A DNA stretch of 64,000 nucleotides from a virus: positions 18,589 to 82,588 of IMG/VR virus record IMGVR_UViG_3300025141_015211; one strand, given 5' to 3'. The position numbers and the translations under genes were made by a program. The notes under the pieces are model-generated. The model ran no database searches and was not told where the DNA came from. It worked only from the letters and a program-made list of their open reading frames with translations. How positions within the stretch are numbered: the stretch's first letter is position 1; every line of letters starts with the position of its first letter. Of this stretch, positions 19,121 through 30,416 are shown piece by piece.

Positions 19121-19851
19121 TTTAATTTCTCGCTTTGATGTATTTCATCAAGTGACATATAAGAATCATAATCTCTATCATAGGCGTCGTATAGCATTTT
19201 TATATAATCTGTCCTACGAAGCAGTTTGAATGCTAAATTTTCTGCTGAATACTCGCCCGACCTTTGGAGACCTGATTGCCGCATATTTTTTATTTTTTCT
19301 TTCATTTTTTCAATTCTTGGCATACGATTTGGTGACTTTAAGATCACATTGATCTCTCGCATTATCTGTTTTGCTTTCTTTTTTGCAGAATCTAAATTTG
19401 TGACGCCCCTAATCCGTTCAGGCTTTACTATCCAATCATCTTTGACAATGCTGTATACCCCTGTAGAATGATGTGGTTCTGTTTCATTCTGTGCATATAG
19501 TTCAACTTCATGACCTTTTATTGTTATATCATGCTTTTGATTCCACACAGACTTTTTAGCGCTCAATAACTTTTCAACTAAAGCTTCATTATCATCTACG
19601 TCTTTATAATTGATTATTAAGTGTAAATCAAAGTCTGACACTTTTGTATAATTGAAATTTGCAAGACTCCCTGTCAATGTAACATCTAATAGTTGTGCAC
19701 CCACATCTAAGTAAGCATAAAAATCTTGAGCAATTTTCAATAGCTTTAACCTGATTTCAGGTAATAATTTTTCATTTTTCCACACTTTAGTACTCAAGTT
19801 TTTATGAGGAACTAAAGCAAGAATCTGTGATCTTGTTATCACTTTTATCAC
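19117..19851 (-). CDS. Pol-beta-superfamily nucleotidyltransferase
   Basis: GSLANFNY...SDFDLH, VELY; ATAATTA upstream (19867-19873). Confidence 0.75.
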   Translation of the reverse strand: MIKVITRSQILALVPHKNLSTKVWKNEKLLPEIRLKLLKIAQDFYAYLDVGAQLLDVTLTGSLANFNYTKVSDFDLHLIINYKDVDDNEALVEKLLSAKKSVWNQKHDITIKGHEVELYAQNETEPHHSTGVYSIVKDDWIVKPERIRGVTNLDSAKKKAKQIMREINVILKSPNRMPRIEKMKEKIKNMRQSGLQRSGEYSAENLAFKLLRRTDYIKMLYDAYDRDYDSYMSLDEIHQSEKLK

Positions 19852-19865
19852 CTGATGATGCTGTA

Positions 19866-20111
19866 TTAATTATACTCTTCATCACCAGGTATATAGATTA
19901 ATTCTTCGCAAGTCTTACCTTCATGTTGAAATGTTCCGCATGATATTTCAGTTAACTCAAGTAAGCTAGTTCGTGTGTCACTCAATATCCTGCAAAGCTC
20001 TGAAAATTCTTCAAGATTGAATGTCATAGTTGTCTTATCTGTAACAGCAACTATTACTTCACCGTCTGCAAAGTCAAACCACGAAAAATCTGTAAGCGCT
20101 TTAGGTTTCAT
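19866..20111 (-). CDS. hypothetical protein
   Basis: 81 aa ORF in operon. Confidence 0.6.
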   Translation of the reverse strand: MKPKALTDFSWFDFADGEVIVAVTDKTTMTFNLEEFSELCRILSDTRTSLLELTEISCGTFQHEGKTCEELIYIPGDEEYN

Positions 20112-20289
20112 CTTTAACTACTTCTAGTTTTTTTAAATTAAATTCGAACCAACTTTCAACACCATTAGTACTAAGCACTTTCCAAAAGTGTGGATGTGTG
20201 TCTTCTGGCATGATTAACACACCTATTTCGTTATTCTTGTCTTCGGACTGATTTTGTACTAAATCACCTTGTGTATAGACAGCACTCAT
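20101..20289 (-). CDS. small SH3-like protein
   Basis: YTQGDLVQ...IGVLI...WKVL. Confidence 0.55.
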   Translation of the reverse strand: MSAVYTQGDLVQNQSEDKNNEIGVLIMPEDTHPHFWKVLSTNGVESWFEFNLKKLEVVKDET

Positions 20290-20580
20290 TTAACACCTGT
20301 CTGGTTCACTAATCTTATTGTTTTGAAGATCATTTTTTAGATGCTTCAAAACAATATGTATCTGACTTTCATGTGCATGTACAGACATCTTGTCAATAAA
20401 TATCTTTTCAAATTGCGCAAAGCTATCTATAAGAATATCTAATTTTTTTATTTCAAAAATTACGTCATCTGTGCACTGTAAAAGTACAGCTAAATCTTCT
20501 TCAGACCAATCACATGCTTCAAGAAGCTCTGTCTGCCTTATTATGTCAACCTTCAGGGAAGTTATAAAATTGAGAAACAT
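20290..20580 (-). CDS. hypothetical protein
   Basis: 96 aa ORF in operon. Confidence 0.5.
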   Translation of the reverse strand: MFLNFITSLKVDIIRQTELLEACDWSEEDLAVLLQCTDDVIFEIKKLDILIDSFAQFEKIFIDKMSVHAHESQIHIVLKHLKNDLQNNKISEPDRC

Positions 20581-20851
20581 CTTCTAAATCCACTATGGCA
20601 GTCATTAGACCCGACTGAAATCGTGGATCAGATGATACTTTCTTAATCTTACCCTTTGACACGGGAATGTTATACACATCAAACAATTCTGTTACAAATT
20701 TTGACATTGCTGAAAGAAAAATATTCCTCGCAGTAGAGTGATTCATCTTACAACCTTCATCTGTCATCTTTTCTGCTATTTCTCTATAGCCTAACCCGCT
20801 ATCAACAGTTGCATAACCATGCTCAACTTTGTATCCTTTTGGCATCGACAT
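20546..20851 (-). CDS. stand-alone sigma-region-4.2-like HTH protein
   Basis: GLGYREIAEKM....MNHSTARNIFLSAMSKF; ATG 4 nt after the sigma stop with AAGGGG RBS. Confidence 0.7.
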   Translation of the reverse strand: MSMPKGYKVEHGYATVDSGLGYREIAEKMTDEGCKMNHSTARNIFLSAMSKFVTELFDVYNIPVSKGKIKKVSSDPRFQSGLMTAIVDLEDVSQFYNFPEG

Positions 20852-20855
20852 AACT

Positions 20856-21617
20856 TTACCCCTTTGCGATTTGCTGAATTGTTTCTTTAGTAGCTTCAAA
20901 GTCGCTGCTAGCGACTAAATCATCAGAAATTCCAAACCTAAGCCTCAAAATTTTCTCTTCACGCTCAGATAGCCCTTCCAGGCAATTTTTTATTGCAATC
21001 ATAATCTTTTCTTTATCAAGCTCACTATCAATATTTACAGCTTCATCGTCAACAATCACTTCAAGTAATGTGCGCCCTTCTGAATCTGTCCACGGATTTG
21101 TATCTAGTGACATAATTTTTGTCAAATTTATGGACTCTATGCTGGCACGTATCATACCGTCAGACACGCCTAAAAGATCTGCAAGTTCGTTTACAGTGGG
21201 TAACTGTCCAAACTCTTCTTCATATTCAACATTTAACTTCTGTATTTTCCAAGCAATGCTTGCTGTATGTGACGGGATCCTCACTGTGTTTCTATGCATG
21301 CTTACATGTCTACTAACAGCTTGTCTAATCCACCAACATGCATATGTAGAAAACTTAAAGCCGCGACGCCAGTCAAACCGATCAACTGCTTTCATTAGAC
21401 CAATATTTGATTCTTGAATTAGATCTTCAAAGTCACAGCCACGTTTTGCATATTTTTTTGCAATGCTTATCGCAAGCCTTAAATTTGCTTCTATCATACG
21501 ATCTCTTGCAGATTGATCTCCTTTTTCTATTGCTTTCGCAAGAACAACTTCCTGTTCTCTTGACAAAAGACTGTTTCTGGATACGTCTTTAAAATAAGAA
21601 TCTAAAATATTCGCCAT
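20856..21617 (-). CDS. RpoD-like sigma-70 factor lacking region 4.2
   Basis: regions 1.2, 2 (NLRLAISIAKKY, DLIQE, GFKFSTYACWWIRQA), 3 and 4.1 (LSEREEKILRLRFG), then a stop. Confidence 0.9.
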   Translation of the reverse strand: MANILDSYFKDVSRNSLLSREQEVVLAKAIEKGDQSARDRMIEANLRLAISIAKKYAKRGCDFEDLIQESNIGLMKAVDRFDWRRGFKFSTYACWWIRQAVSRHVSMHRNTVRIPSHTASIAWKIQKLNVEYEEEFGQLPTVNELADLLGVSDGMIRASIESINLTKIMSLDTNPWTDSEGRTLLEVIVDDEAVNIDSELDKEKIMIAIKNCLEGLSEREEKILRLRFGISDDLVASSDFEATKETIQQIAKG

Positions 21618-21649
21618 AAGGTATTGTCTCCTGATTTGTTGACACTATT

Positions 21650-21679
21650 ATTATATCATTTTTTTTTAAAAAATACACG
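21650..21679 (-). promoter_or_regulatory. promoter CGTGTAT-N17-TATAAT (extended -10 TG) of the sigma operon
   Basis: GTGTAT 21678-21673, TATAAT 21655-21650. Confidence 0.7.
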
Positions 21680-21754
21680 AAAGCGAGCCTTATCTGCTAA
21701 GCGTGCAGATATAATATAATCACGCTTACATCAAAGAAAAGGATCTTTTGTGTA

Positions 21755-21997
21755 TTAAAAAGCTCGAGTATTCCTACGCGAGTTATTTGGCCGAGGGTTG
21801 TTTAATACATACTCCCTGTGGGCCTCCTGACGACGGTATCTAACTTCAAGCTCTCGCTGGACGTAACAAAGATCAAGCTCTGCTGATTCTCTTTGACGCC
21901 CTCTTGAATTTTTAATAATTGACTTCAGGCGACGTGCATGTTGATTAAGATCAGACTCATCAATCTTTGAAAGATAATCAATATTTAGCATACGCAT
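21755..21997 (-). CDS. hypothetical basic protein
   Basis: 80 aa; ELDLCYVQRE. Confidence 0.6.
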   Translation of the reverse strand: MRMLNIDYLSKIDESDLNQHARRLKSIIKNSRGRQRESAELDLCYVQRELEVRYRRQEAHREYVLNNPRPNNSRRNTRAF

Positions 21998-22081
21998 ATT
22001 TTCACACTATTATTTTTATTGTTTTGTGCCCATGATTGAGCTTTTAAATTTAACACAATACAGTAAATTGTTCAAATAAAC

Positions 22082-22429
22082 TTACATAATTTCAGGAAAA
22101 ATAAGTCTTGCTATAATGCCTACAATTGATGCTGTAACAAGCCAAAGAAACTTTTGATAAGTCGATAGTTGTGCTTTCATTAGTGCAATATCTTCGTTTA
22201 TAGTGCTAGGTATTGTTTTACACGTAGCTTCTAAAAGTGCAATCCTAGTCTCTTGACTATTTGACTGTGTGTTCAATGTAGAAATTGAGTTTTGTATAGA
22301 CTCAAACCCTTCTTTTAATTGATCTAGTTTAGACTCCACGCTTGTTGTTGTTACTTTAAGATCTGTTAGAGCATCTTGTAATTTAATCAACCAGTCTTCT
22401 GCGCTTTTATTACCATTTGGCATATTCAC
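22082..22429 (-). CDS. coiled-coil protein with C-terminal TM
   Basis: ETRIALLE coil plus hydrophobic end. Confidence 0.65.
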   Translation of the reverse strand: MNMPNGNKSAEDWLIKLQDALTDLKVTTTSVESKLDQLKEGFESIQNSISTLNTQSNSQETRIALLEATCKTIPSTINEDIALMKAQLSTYQKFLWLVTASIVGIIARLIFPEIM

Positions 22430-22653
22430 CTCACGTTTATAAACACGCCGAATCTATCTTTTACAAGATTTTTAAGCGCATTCTTACTTATCTTCGATCT
22501 TACAGATGCTGTGTAACCTTTTGCACTTTTTTTAATTTGAGGAACAGAATTGATAGCATCATTTGCTTTTATCCATGTTAGTGCTAAGTGCAAATCAACT
22601 CTAGACGCTGAGCTTATTTTAGCTTCATTTAACATTTTTAGTTCTCGACACAA
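22426..22653 (-). CDS. hypothetical protein
   Basis: 75 aa ORF in operon. Confidence 0.5.
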   Translation of the reverse strand: MCRELKMLNEAKISSASRVDLHLALTWIKANDAINSVPQIKKSAKGYTASVRSKISKNALKNLVKDRFGVFINVR

Positions 22654-22660
22654 AAATTGT

Positions 22661-23017
22661 TTAAATTACTATAGGATTACCCTTATAGCTAACTCTTCTA
22701 TCTCCCAAGTCTATAACTCTAATAACTTCTACACCCGGTAGCTTTTTAACTTCTTTAAGAATCTTCTCAAGACTATCAAAAACTGGTCCAGGCTCGGGTA
22801 AAAATTTAATGTATATATCAAGAACAGCTTTTCCTGCTTTCTTTCTAACAACTTGATCTGACTGACCGACAACAGCAACTCCGCTTAACACGCGAATCCT
22901 TGTCATTGTATCGGGAACATGTGCCTTGTATGCCATTGTAAGCTTTACTGTGGCTTTTAACAACCCCCGATGGAGGCGCATTGAATCTTTTTGTTCTTTT
23001 AAATACATGTCTTTCAA
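22661..23017 (-). CDS. hypothetical alpha/beta protein
   Basis: TRIRVLSGVAVV...VKKLPGV; ATATTTA upstream. Confidence 0.6.
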   Translation of the reverse strand: MKDMYLKEQKDSMRLHRGLLKATVKLTMAYKAHVPDTMTRIRVLSGVAVVGQSDQVVRKKAGKAVLDIYIKFLPEPGPVFDSLEKILKEVKKLPGVEVIRVIDLGDRRVSYKGNPIVI

Positions 23018-23050
23018 GTGTAGTAATTGACTACACTTATAAATATCACA

Positions 23051-24856
<1,806 letters not shown>

Positions 24857-24857
<1 letters not shown>

Positions 24858-25318
24858 TATGTCTCCAGACCACTAACACTTACTTTTGCCTTCATTCCTT
24901 GTCCTAAATCAACTTCAATGCGCTCATCTAAGTTAAAAGAATGTGCATGTTGATATCCTGTTGTTTCGGTATCATGTGCTTCATGCTTAACATGTGCATC
25001 GTCTTCAATTTTACTTGATGATGTTAAGTCCACATTAAATGCTGTTTTTGCTATATCTTCAGCTTTCTTAACAATACCTGCAATAGTTGTTCTTGCGTTC
25101 TCAATCATAACTGACATCGCGTCAGCGCTAGATGAATAAATACCTGTGCCTAGTTTTTGCAAATCAATTTGATCTTGGGCTGGTGTTGGTAGTTCAACAA
25201 TGTAAGAAATTGACTCCCCTTCTAGTGTCTTTCTCAGAATTTTTTCTACAACTTTAACAGGTATTACACTGTGATCTTTTTTTATAAGCACATATAATAC
25301 TTGACCTACTTCATACAT
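24857..25318 (-). CDS. hypothetical protein with N-terminal SH3-like segment
   Basis: MYEVGQVLYV start chosen over the track start at 25348. Confidence 0.65.
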
Positions 25319-25388
25319 TAGACTTACCTTACAGTTAAAGATACACAAAAAAACAAACTTATAAAGGTTTTAAATTATCTTTATAAGT

Positions 25389-25589
25389 TTACTGTGTGTA
25401 TCTTTTTAAGTCTTCTGATAAGACAAGAACAGTTTGTCTATTCCCAGTCTGTTGCTCGTATGAGTCAAGGTTTACCTCTTGAAGCGCCTGTCTCAGCTTT
25501 CTCTCTTCTGGGTAACCGCCGTATGTTGTATATATTTTAATAAGTTTTTCTATAGTTGTGTTATGTAGTTTCATCTCACTCAAATCCAA
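25389..25589 (-). CDS. hypothetical protein
   Basis: 66 aa ORF. Confidence 0.5.
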   Translation of the reverse strand: MDLSEMKLHNTTIEKLIKIYTTYGGYPEERKLRQALQEVNLDSYEQQTGNRQTVLVLSEDLKRYTQ

Positions 25590-26232
25590 TGCCTAAAGCA
25601 CCTACAGTAACGTGACCTTTCTTGCTACGTGTAGGCTTATTATCACCATACAGCCAAGAGGCATCACTGTTTAGGCCTTCTTCAGACATTTCGTTGAGCA
25701 TATCGATAATCTCATCTCTTACAACATCTCTAACTTTCGATTCGTTAAGGCGTTGTGCTCTCTCTTGACGCATTCTTTGGAGCTCTTCTCTTAACATATC
25801 TTCATCAATGTCATAGACAACATTTGCTTTTTCACTAAGTGCTCTATTTGCGGCTGCTCCACCTGCAGAATAAGCTGCACCCTTCACGAATTCTCGCCCA
25901 GCTGGAGAAGCAACAGCACGACCTACGACTGCTAACGCTGGATGAAGTTCTTCAAGTTCATCATCGTCTGTCGGTGGACCATCATCTGACTGTCCGTCGT
26001 CGTCGCCCTCTTGATAGACGCCTTCTTCTTCAAGAGACAGGTCAAAAACTTGATCTGCATCGGGATCGTCGCCGGCCTCAGCAAGCTGTCCTTTTCCAAA
26101 GCGGTGGTCGATATCATCTTCCACAGCAGAATCGTCATGCATGCTTCTGTTACTTGCTTCTGTAAGCATGTTTGAGGTTTCTTGGCCTGAAAGCCCTGCC
26201 AGTTTTGCCATTCTAGTTGCGTCAAATTTCAT
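25576..26232 (-). CDS. acidic scaffold-like/internal head protein
   Basis: RMAKLAGL motif, many L-x-E sites, LNESKVRDVVRDEI helix; ATAGTTA upstream. Confidence 0.65.
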   Translation of the reverse strand: MKFDATRMAKLAGLSGQETSNMLTEASNRSMHDDSAVEDDIDHRFGKGQLAEAGDDPDADQVFDLSLEEEGVYQEGDDDGQSDDGPPTDDDELEELHPALAVVGRAVASPAGREFVKGAAYSAGGAAANRALSEKANVVYDIDEDMLREELQRMRQERAQRLNESKVRDVVRDEIIDMLNEMSEEGLNSDASWLYGDNKPTRSKKGHVTVGALGIGFE

Positions 26233-26285
26233 TTGTCAGTCTCCGAGACATTCAATACTAACTATTAACCTGCAAGTGAATTTTC

Positions 26286-26636
26286 TTAACTATCACTTAA
26301 GTTATCTCTTACATTTTCTGTAATTTTTTGACCTTTTGATGCAGCTACTGAAAGTGGTTCTAGTCCCAAGGCTACTCTAACAGTGTCATAGACTTCACCC
26401 TTTAACTTTTCTTTTAAAACAAGCATGTCAGCATACTGATGTAAATCCCACTGCACTACTGGCATTTCTTCGCCATCATGCCCGGGTTCTGTTTCACCTG
26501 TTTCTCTACTTTCAAAAACGTAAAGCAAAGAAGGCATTTGCTCTTCTTGGGGCACCATAATAAAAGGAATTTGAGAGGAAACGCCTTCGTTTGATTCCTC
26601 ATACATAATCTCTGGTACCCAATTTCCCGCAGGCAT
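26286..26636 (-). CDS. hypothetical protein
   Basis: 116 aa with AGGAG RBS. Confidence 0.7.
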   Translation of the reverse strand: MPAGNWVPEIMYEESNEGVSSQIPFIMVPQEEQMPSLLYVFESRETGETEPGHDGEEMPVVQWDLHQYADMLVLKEKLKGEVYDTVRVALGLEPLSVAASKGQKITENVRDNLSDS

Positions 26637-26711
26637 AAATTTCTCCTAGTAAAAAATAGTCACAAATACGACTATAAACTGTAAAAAATACTAGTAAAAA
26701 TACAAGCTAAA

Positions 26712-26978
26712 TTAAAGGACAAATAAATCTCGTCTTTCAGACAGTGTTCTTAACTTAAGATCAACACCTGTTTTTTCCTTCCAGTATTGGATAATAGACT
26801 TCTCAAAATTATTCAATGACTGTTCTTTTGTTTTGGGATCTCTAGTTGAAAAATTAGAACGTAACTGTGAAGGTATTCCTAATAAGATCTGCTTCTTAAC
26901 TTGAACCCAATCATCACAGTCGTCAACATATGTAATTACAAAGTCTATCTGTTCTAAAACCCTTGCCGGTATTTTCAC
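26712..26978 (-). CDS. hypothetical protein
   Basis: 88 aa; GTGA overlap. Confidence 0.6.
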   Translation of the reverse strand: MKIPARVLEQIDFVITYVDDCDDWVQVKKQILLGIPSQLRSNFSTRDPKTKEQSLNNFEKSIIQYWKEKTGVDLKLRTLSERRDLFVL

Positions 26979-29900
26979 TTATTGCTCTTAACTAGTGACT
27001 TTGCATCAGGAAAAGTCATCTCACTCACAGCACGAGCGAATGTCTCTCTATCACTAGGATCATCAAGATTAATTCCTGACTGTTCAAGCTTTGTAAGAGG
27101 CTTGGCGCTGAACTGTGTTCTCATTGCGTAGTTGATTCCCCTGTTATTTCTGAAGTATACAGCACCCTGCGCAGGCGGAAAGTCAAATAGTTTTGTCTTC
27201 TTGCCCCCTCCGAGATCAATTTCAAATGCTGGATTGAGATGATATAGACCTTTTCCTTTTACCTGCACAACGCCTGCACCCTTGTACATGTAATAATCAC
27301 GTAATGCGTCAGTTGAGACCGTGTATGCTGCAAGCCTTAACCCTGAGGGTGTGTCATTAAGGATCTTGTGAACGACGCTTTTATACTCATCTCTTGTAAT
27401 TGATCCCAAGATAGATTCAATTGGTGCAACCTCACCCTTTTCAGATCTCTGCTTATTGATACCATCACGGATTGCAATCATTCTCTTTTGAACATTTGAC
27501 ATATCAGGGTCCATGTTAACAAGATTTGCAATGTCCTGATTTTGTGGTTTAGGGTTAGAGGCATAGAACTCGCCCTTATCGTAATCGTATCTCATAGTAG
27601 GCTCGCCTGCTTGAGCATTGGGTAGCTTAACCTCGATGCCTAGTTCACCATTAGCTGCCTTGACATAGACATCTGAATATGCGTTGTCTGTTTCGGCCCT
27701 TACGCTCATTCCTGCAGACTGAAGCTGATCACCTATTTCATCCTCATAGATGTACCCAGCTTTTCTTTGACCTCCTGAGGTTCCAGCTGTGCCGAATATT
27801 ACCATAAGATTATTAAGGCCAGGCATCATATACGCTGTGTATGTTCCGCTTGGATTGGGCGATTCATGAGGAGCTAGCTCCACTACAGAATCTGTAGCAT
27901 TTGGGAGTAATTGACTATAAAGCTTATTTACAACGTCATTAAAGTCGTATGAATCTCCTGAGCCTGCTTTAAGACCGAATCGCATGAGATTTAGACTTGG
28001 AGAAGTTGTATTCACCTTTTCTATATCGCCATTTAATAGGTCTGCACTCTGTAAAATATTAAGAATAATTCGAGCTTTACCTGCAAATGATTTTTGTGCA
28101 TCTAATGGTGATTCTTGGAAATCAGAGTCTATTACGGGATCAGCATCTTCGTCTTCTATCTCATGAAGCATTTGTCTTATTGCAAGTCTTAAATTATTTT
28201 CAGCAACTATCGTTGTCCTTGCGGCATTAATTGCTTCTATTGCTTTCTGCGCTGCTTTCCTTGTACTCTCTGCTTTAGCATTAAACCTATTACTAATGTA
28301 CTCCTCAAATCTATCCAGCGCCTCTCTGAACTCATCTGTGTTAACTTTAGACATATATGTTATTAACTCCTCAAATGTTCTGATTTCATGCTTAGAAATA
28401 TTAATCCCTAGCAATGGAAGATATTCATCAGGATCAACAACTCTACCTTCAATATTCTCTGCACCATTTATCTTTTCTCTCCAGCCGCCTGGAAAAGAAA
28501 CAGTATACTTGATTGTTTGATCAGGGGTAGATTCTCTCTCACCTCTAATTTTTGCAAGAAGTGATAACATCAGCTTGTGATATTCTCCTTTAACCTTGCC
28601 TTCTCCCCCGCCAGATAATTCCCAAGATGTATCGTCCATGCTTGCGCTAGGAAAAAGATCAACTTGAAAAAGTTGACCTGTCTGGGTATCTTGCACCATG
28701 ATGGCAACTAGTTGACCCATCTTTAAAACACGTGGGACACCATCTACAAGCTCTTCGCTGAGATACGGTGCGCTCATCATCATCTTATAAAGGTTGTCTT
28801 TACTAGGTTCGCTAACAATCAAGTCAATATCGCCAATCTCTTTCTTATCTGTTCCTGTGCTTCCTGCAGGTAAAAATTCTATTCCGAGAGGGCCGAGGAG
28901 GTTCTGCTTAAGATCATCCATAATTCGGACAGCCTGCTCTCGAGTAATTCTATCTTCTGACGTGACAACAGTCTTCTTGCCAAGCTCATCTTTTTGTTTG
29001 AATGCGTTACCGCCTTCTGAGAGCATTTTCATTATGATTTTTTTTAGGGACTCTTTAAGTTCTTCCTTATCGCCTTGATCGGGAAGCGACGCCTTCCCAA
29101 ATCCCTCGCGCCCCATGGCACTTCCGAAGAATCCACGCATTTTATTAATGGGTGTAAAGAGCCCTGTTAGTTTGTAAGTCTTTCCATTATAAGTAAAGAC
29201 TATACCTTCGGTTGCACGCTGGAAGAGGTCCTCATTGGCCTCAAGCCTAGCAAGCGCCACTCTGATCCCCTCTAGAGTCTTTGCATCTCCTGACTCAAGG
29301 CCAAAATCAAACCCTGACTCAAAAGCACTTCTGACGTCTTTTATGAACCCTAGCAGCTCTTCCTGATTACTAGCAGTAAGTGCAAGATCAAGCTTGTCGA
29401 CAATCATTACGCCCAAGCGCTGGATTATGTTTTCTAGTGGAATAATAGCCTCTTGAACAACCCTAGGTTTGACCTTATCTAATGCTCTAAATTTTTGATA
29501 ATCTTCAGGTGATACCATTTTCTTTAGTTTTAAAGCTATTTTGCCCTTACCCGTCATAAACCTATCAGCAACATCTGGGATTAGTGAGTCAGGAATAAAA
29601 TCATAGTTCTCACTCAAGAATTTTTCCAACCTGGCTTTGATGTAGTCACCGACTGTATTGTTACCTACAGACATCCCGACTTCACTAACTACAGATTCTA
29701 GATCTTTCTCAAGCTGTTCAATCTGCTTATCATCTTGTTCCAAACCTTTCATAAGTTGTGCAGTAGGAACCTCGTCCATAGTGAACGCTTCAGTTGATGC
29801 TTGACTCATCTCTGATTTAAATGTCCCTAGCGCAGCTTGGTTCACTGGTTCTTCTGTCAAGGGAATTGCAAGGACAGTTCGAAGTGAGTCTTTATCATAT

Positions 29901-30415
29901 AGAATTGTGTTAGGATTTTTTGACACCATGATTTGTGATGCCATCACAACCTCTCCGTTTCTAAAGAGTGAGTCCTGATATTTTAATGCGACGGGTTCAA
30001 GGGCTTCATAGGCTATCGCAAATCCCTCTGCTATGTTTGACCTTCCTCCCGTGTAGGTTGACATGATCTCATCAAGAGTCATGCCTCCGCCCTTGCCACC
30101 TGATTGTATAGCCGCAAGCTTTTTATCTTTAGCCGTCTGACCTTGTAGGTCCATCTTTGTAAAGAATCTTAGCTGACCGTCAACAACTGTAAATGCAAGG
30201 AACTGACCGTCCATCTTTTCCTGAACATTTTCTAGCTTACCTTCCAGTCCAAGCCTGCCGATCTCAATGATATCACTAAGCTGCATCGAGAATTCTTCAT
30301 AGAGATTGTAAATATGTGCCTCTTCTCCTGGTGCAACTACAGGTTCTGTCTGCTCGTTAATTGCAAATCTTGTTGCTGCCCTGTGAAGAATATCAGGTGT
30401 TATTAGTATAGCCAT
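26975..30415 (-). CDS. tripartite protein: ligase-like (KxDG) nucleotidyltransferase + Pol-beta NTase + PD-(D/E)xK nuclease-like
   Basis: EKMDG...EGIVF...YKLTG; AGSTG...GDIDL...QVDL; SDVYV...GIEVK; LKKIIMKMLSE and LRLAIRQMLHE linkers. Confidence 0.7.
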   Translation of the reverse strand: MAILITPDILHRAATRFAINEQTEPVVAPGEEAHIYNLYEEFSMQLSDIIEIGRLGLEGKLENVQEKMDGQFLAFTVVDGQLRFFTKMDLQGQTAKDKKLAAIQSGGKGGGMTLDEIMSTYTGGRSNIAEGFAIAYEALEPVALKYQDSLFRNGEVVMASQIMVSKNPNTILYDKDSLRTVLAIPLTEEPVNQAALGTFKSEMSQASTEAFTMDEVPTAQLMKGLEQDDKQIEQLEKDLESVVSEVGMSVGNNTVGDYIKARLEKFLSENYDFIPDSLIPDVADRFMTGKGKIALKLKKMVSPEDYQKFRALDKVKPRVVQEAIIPLENIIQRLGVMIVDKLDLALTASNQEELLGFIKDVRSAFESGFDFGLESGDAKTLEGIRVALARLEANEDLFQRATEGIVFTYNGKTYKLTGLFTPINKMRGFFGSAMGREGFGKASLPDQGDKEELKESLKKIIMKMLSEGGNAFKQKDELGKKTVVTSEDRITREQAVRIMDDLKQNLLGPLGIEFLPAGSTGTDKKEIGDIDLIVSEPSKDNLYKMMMSAPYLSEELVDGVPRVLKMGQLVAIMVQDTQTGQLFQVDLFPSASMDDTSWELSGGGEGKVKGEYHKLMLSLLAKIRGERESTPDQTIKYTVSFPGGWREKINGAENIEGRVVDPDEYLPLLGINISKHEIRTFEELITYMSKVNTDEFREALDRFEEYISNRFNAKAESTRKAAQKAIEAINAARTTIVAENNLRLAIRQMLHEIEDEDADPVIDSDFQESPLDAQKSFAGKARIILNILQSADLLNGDIEKVNTTSPSLNLMRFGLKAGSGDSYDFNDVVNKLYSQLLPNATDSVVELAPHESPNPSGTYTAYMMPGLNNLMVIFGTAGTSGGQRKAGYIYEDEIGDQLQSAGMSVRAETDNAYSDVYVKAANGELGIEVKLPNAQAGEPTMRYDYDKGEFYASNPKPQNQDIANLVNMDPDMSNVQKRMIAIRDGINKQRSEKGEVAPIESILGSITRDEYKSVVHKILNDTPSGLRLAAYTVSTDALRDYYMYKGAGVVQVKGKGLYHLNPAFEIDLGGGKKTKLFDFPPAQGAVYFRNNRGINYAMRTQFSAKPLTKLEQSGINLDDPSDRETFARAVSEMTFPDAKSLVKSNK

Positions 30416-30416
30416 C

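Noticed and set aside
20852-20899. Programmed frameshift joining the sigma to the HTH ORF
   Set aside because: The frames overlap, but no clear slippery site is seen and the downstream ATG has its own RBS; not fully excluded
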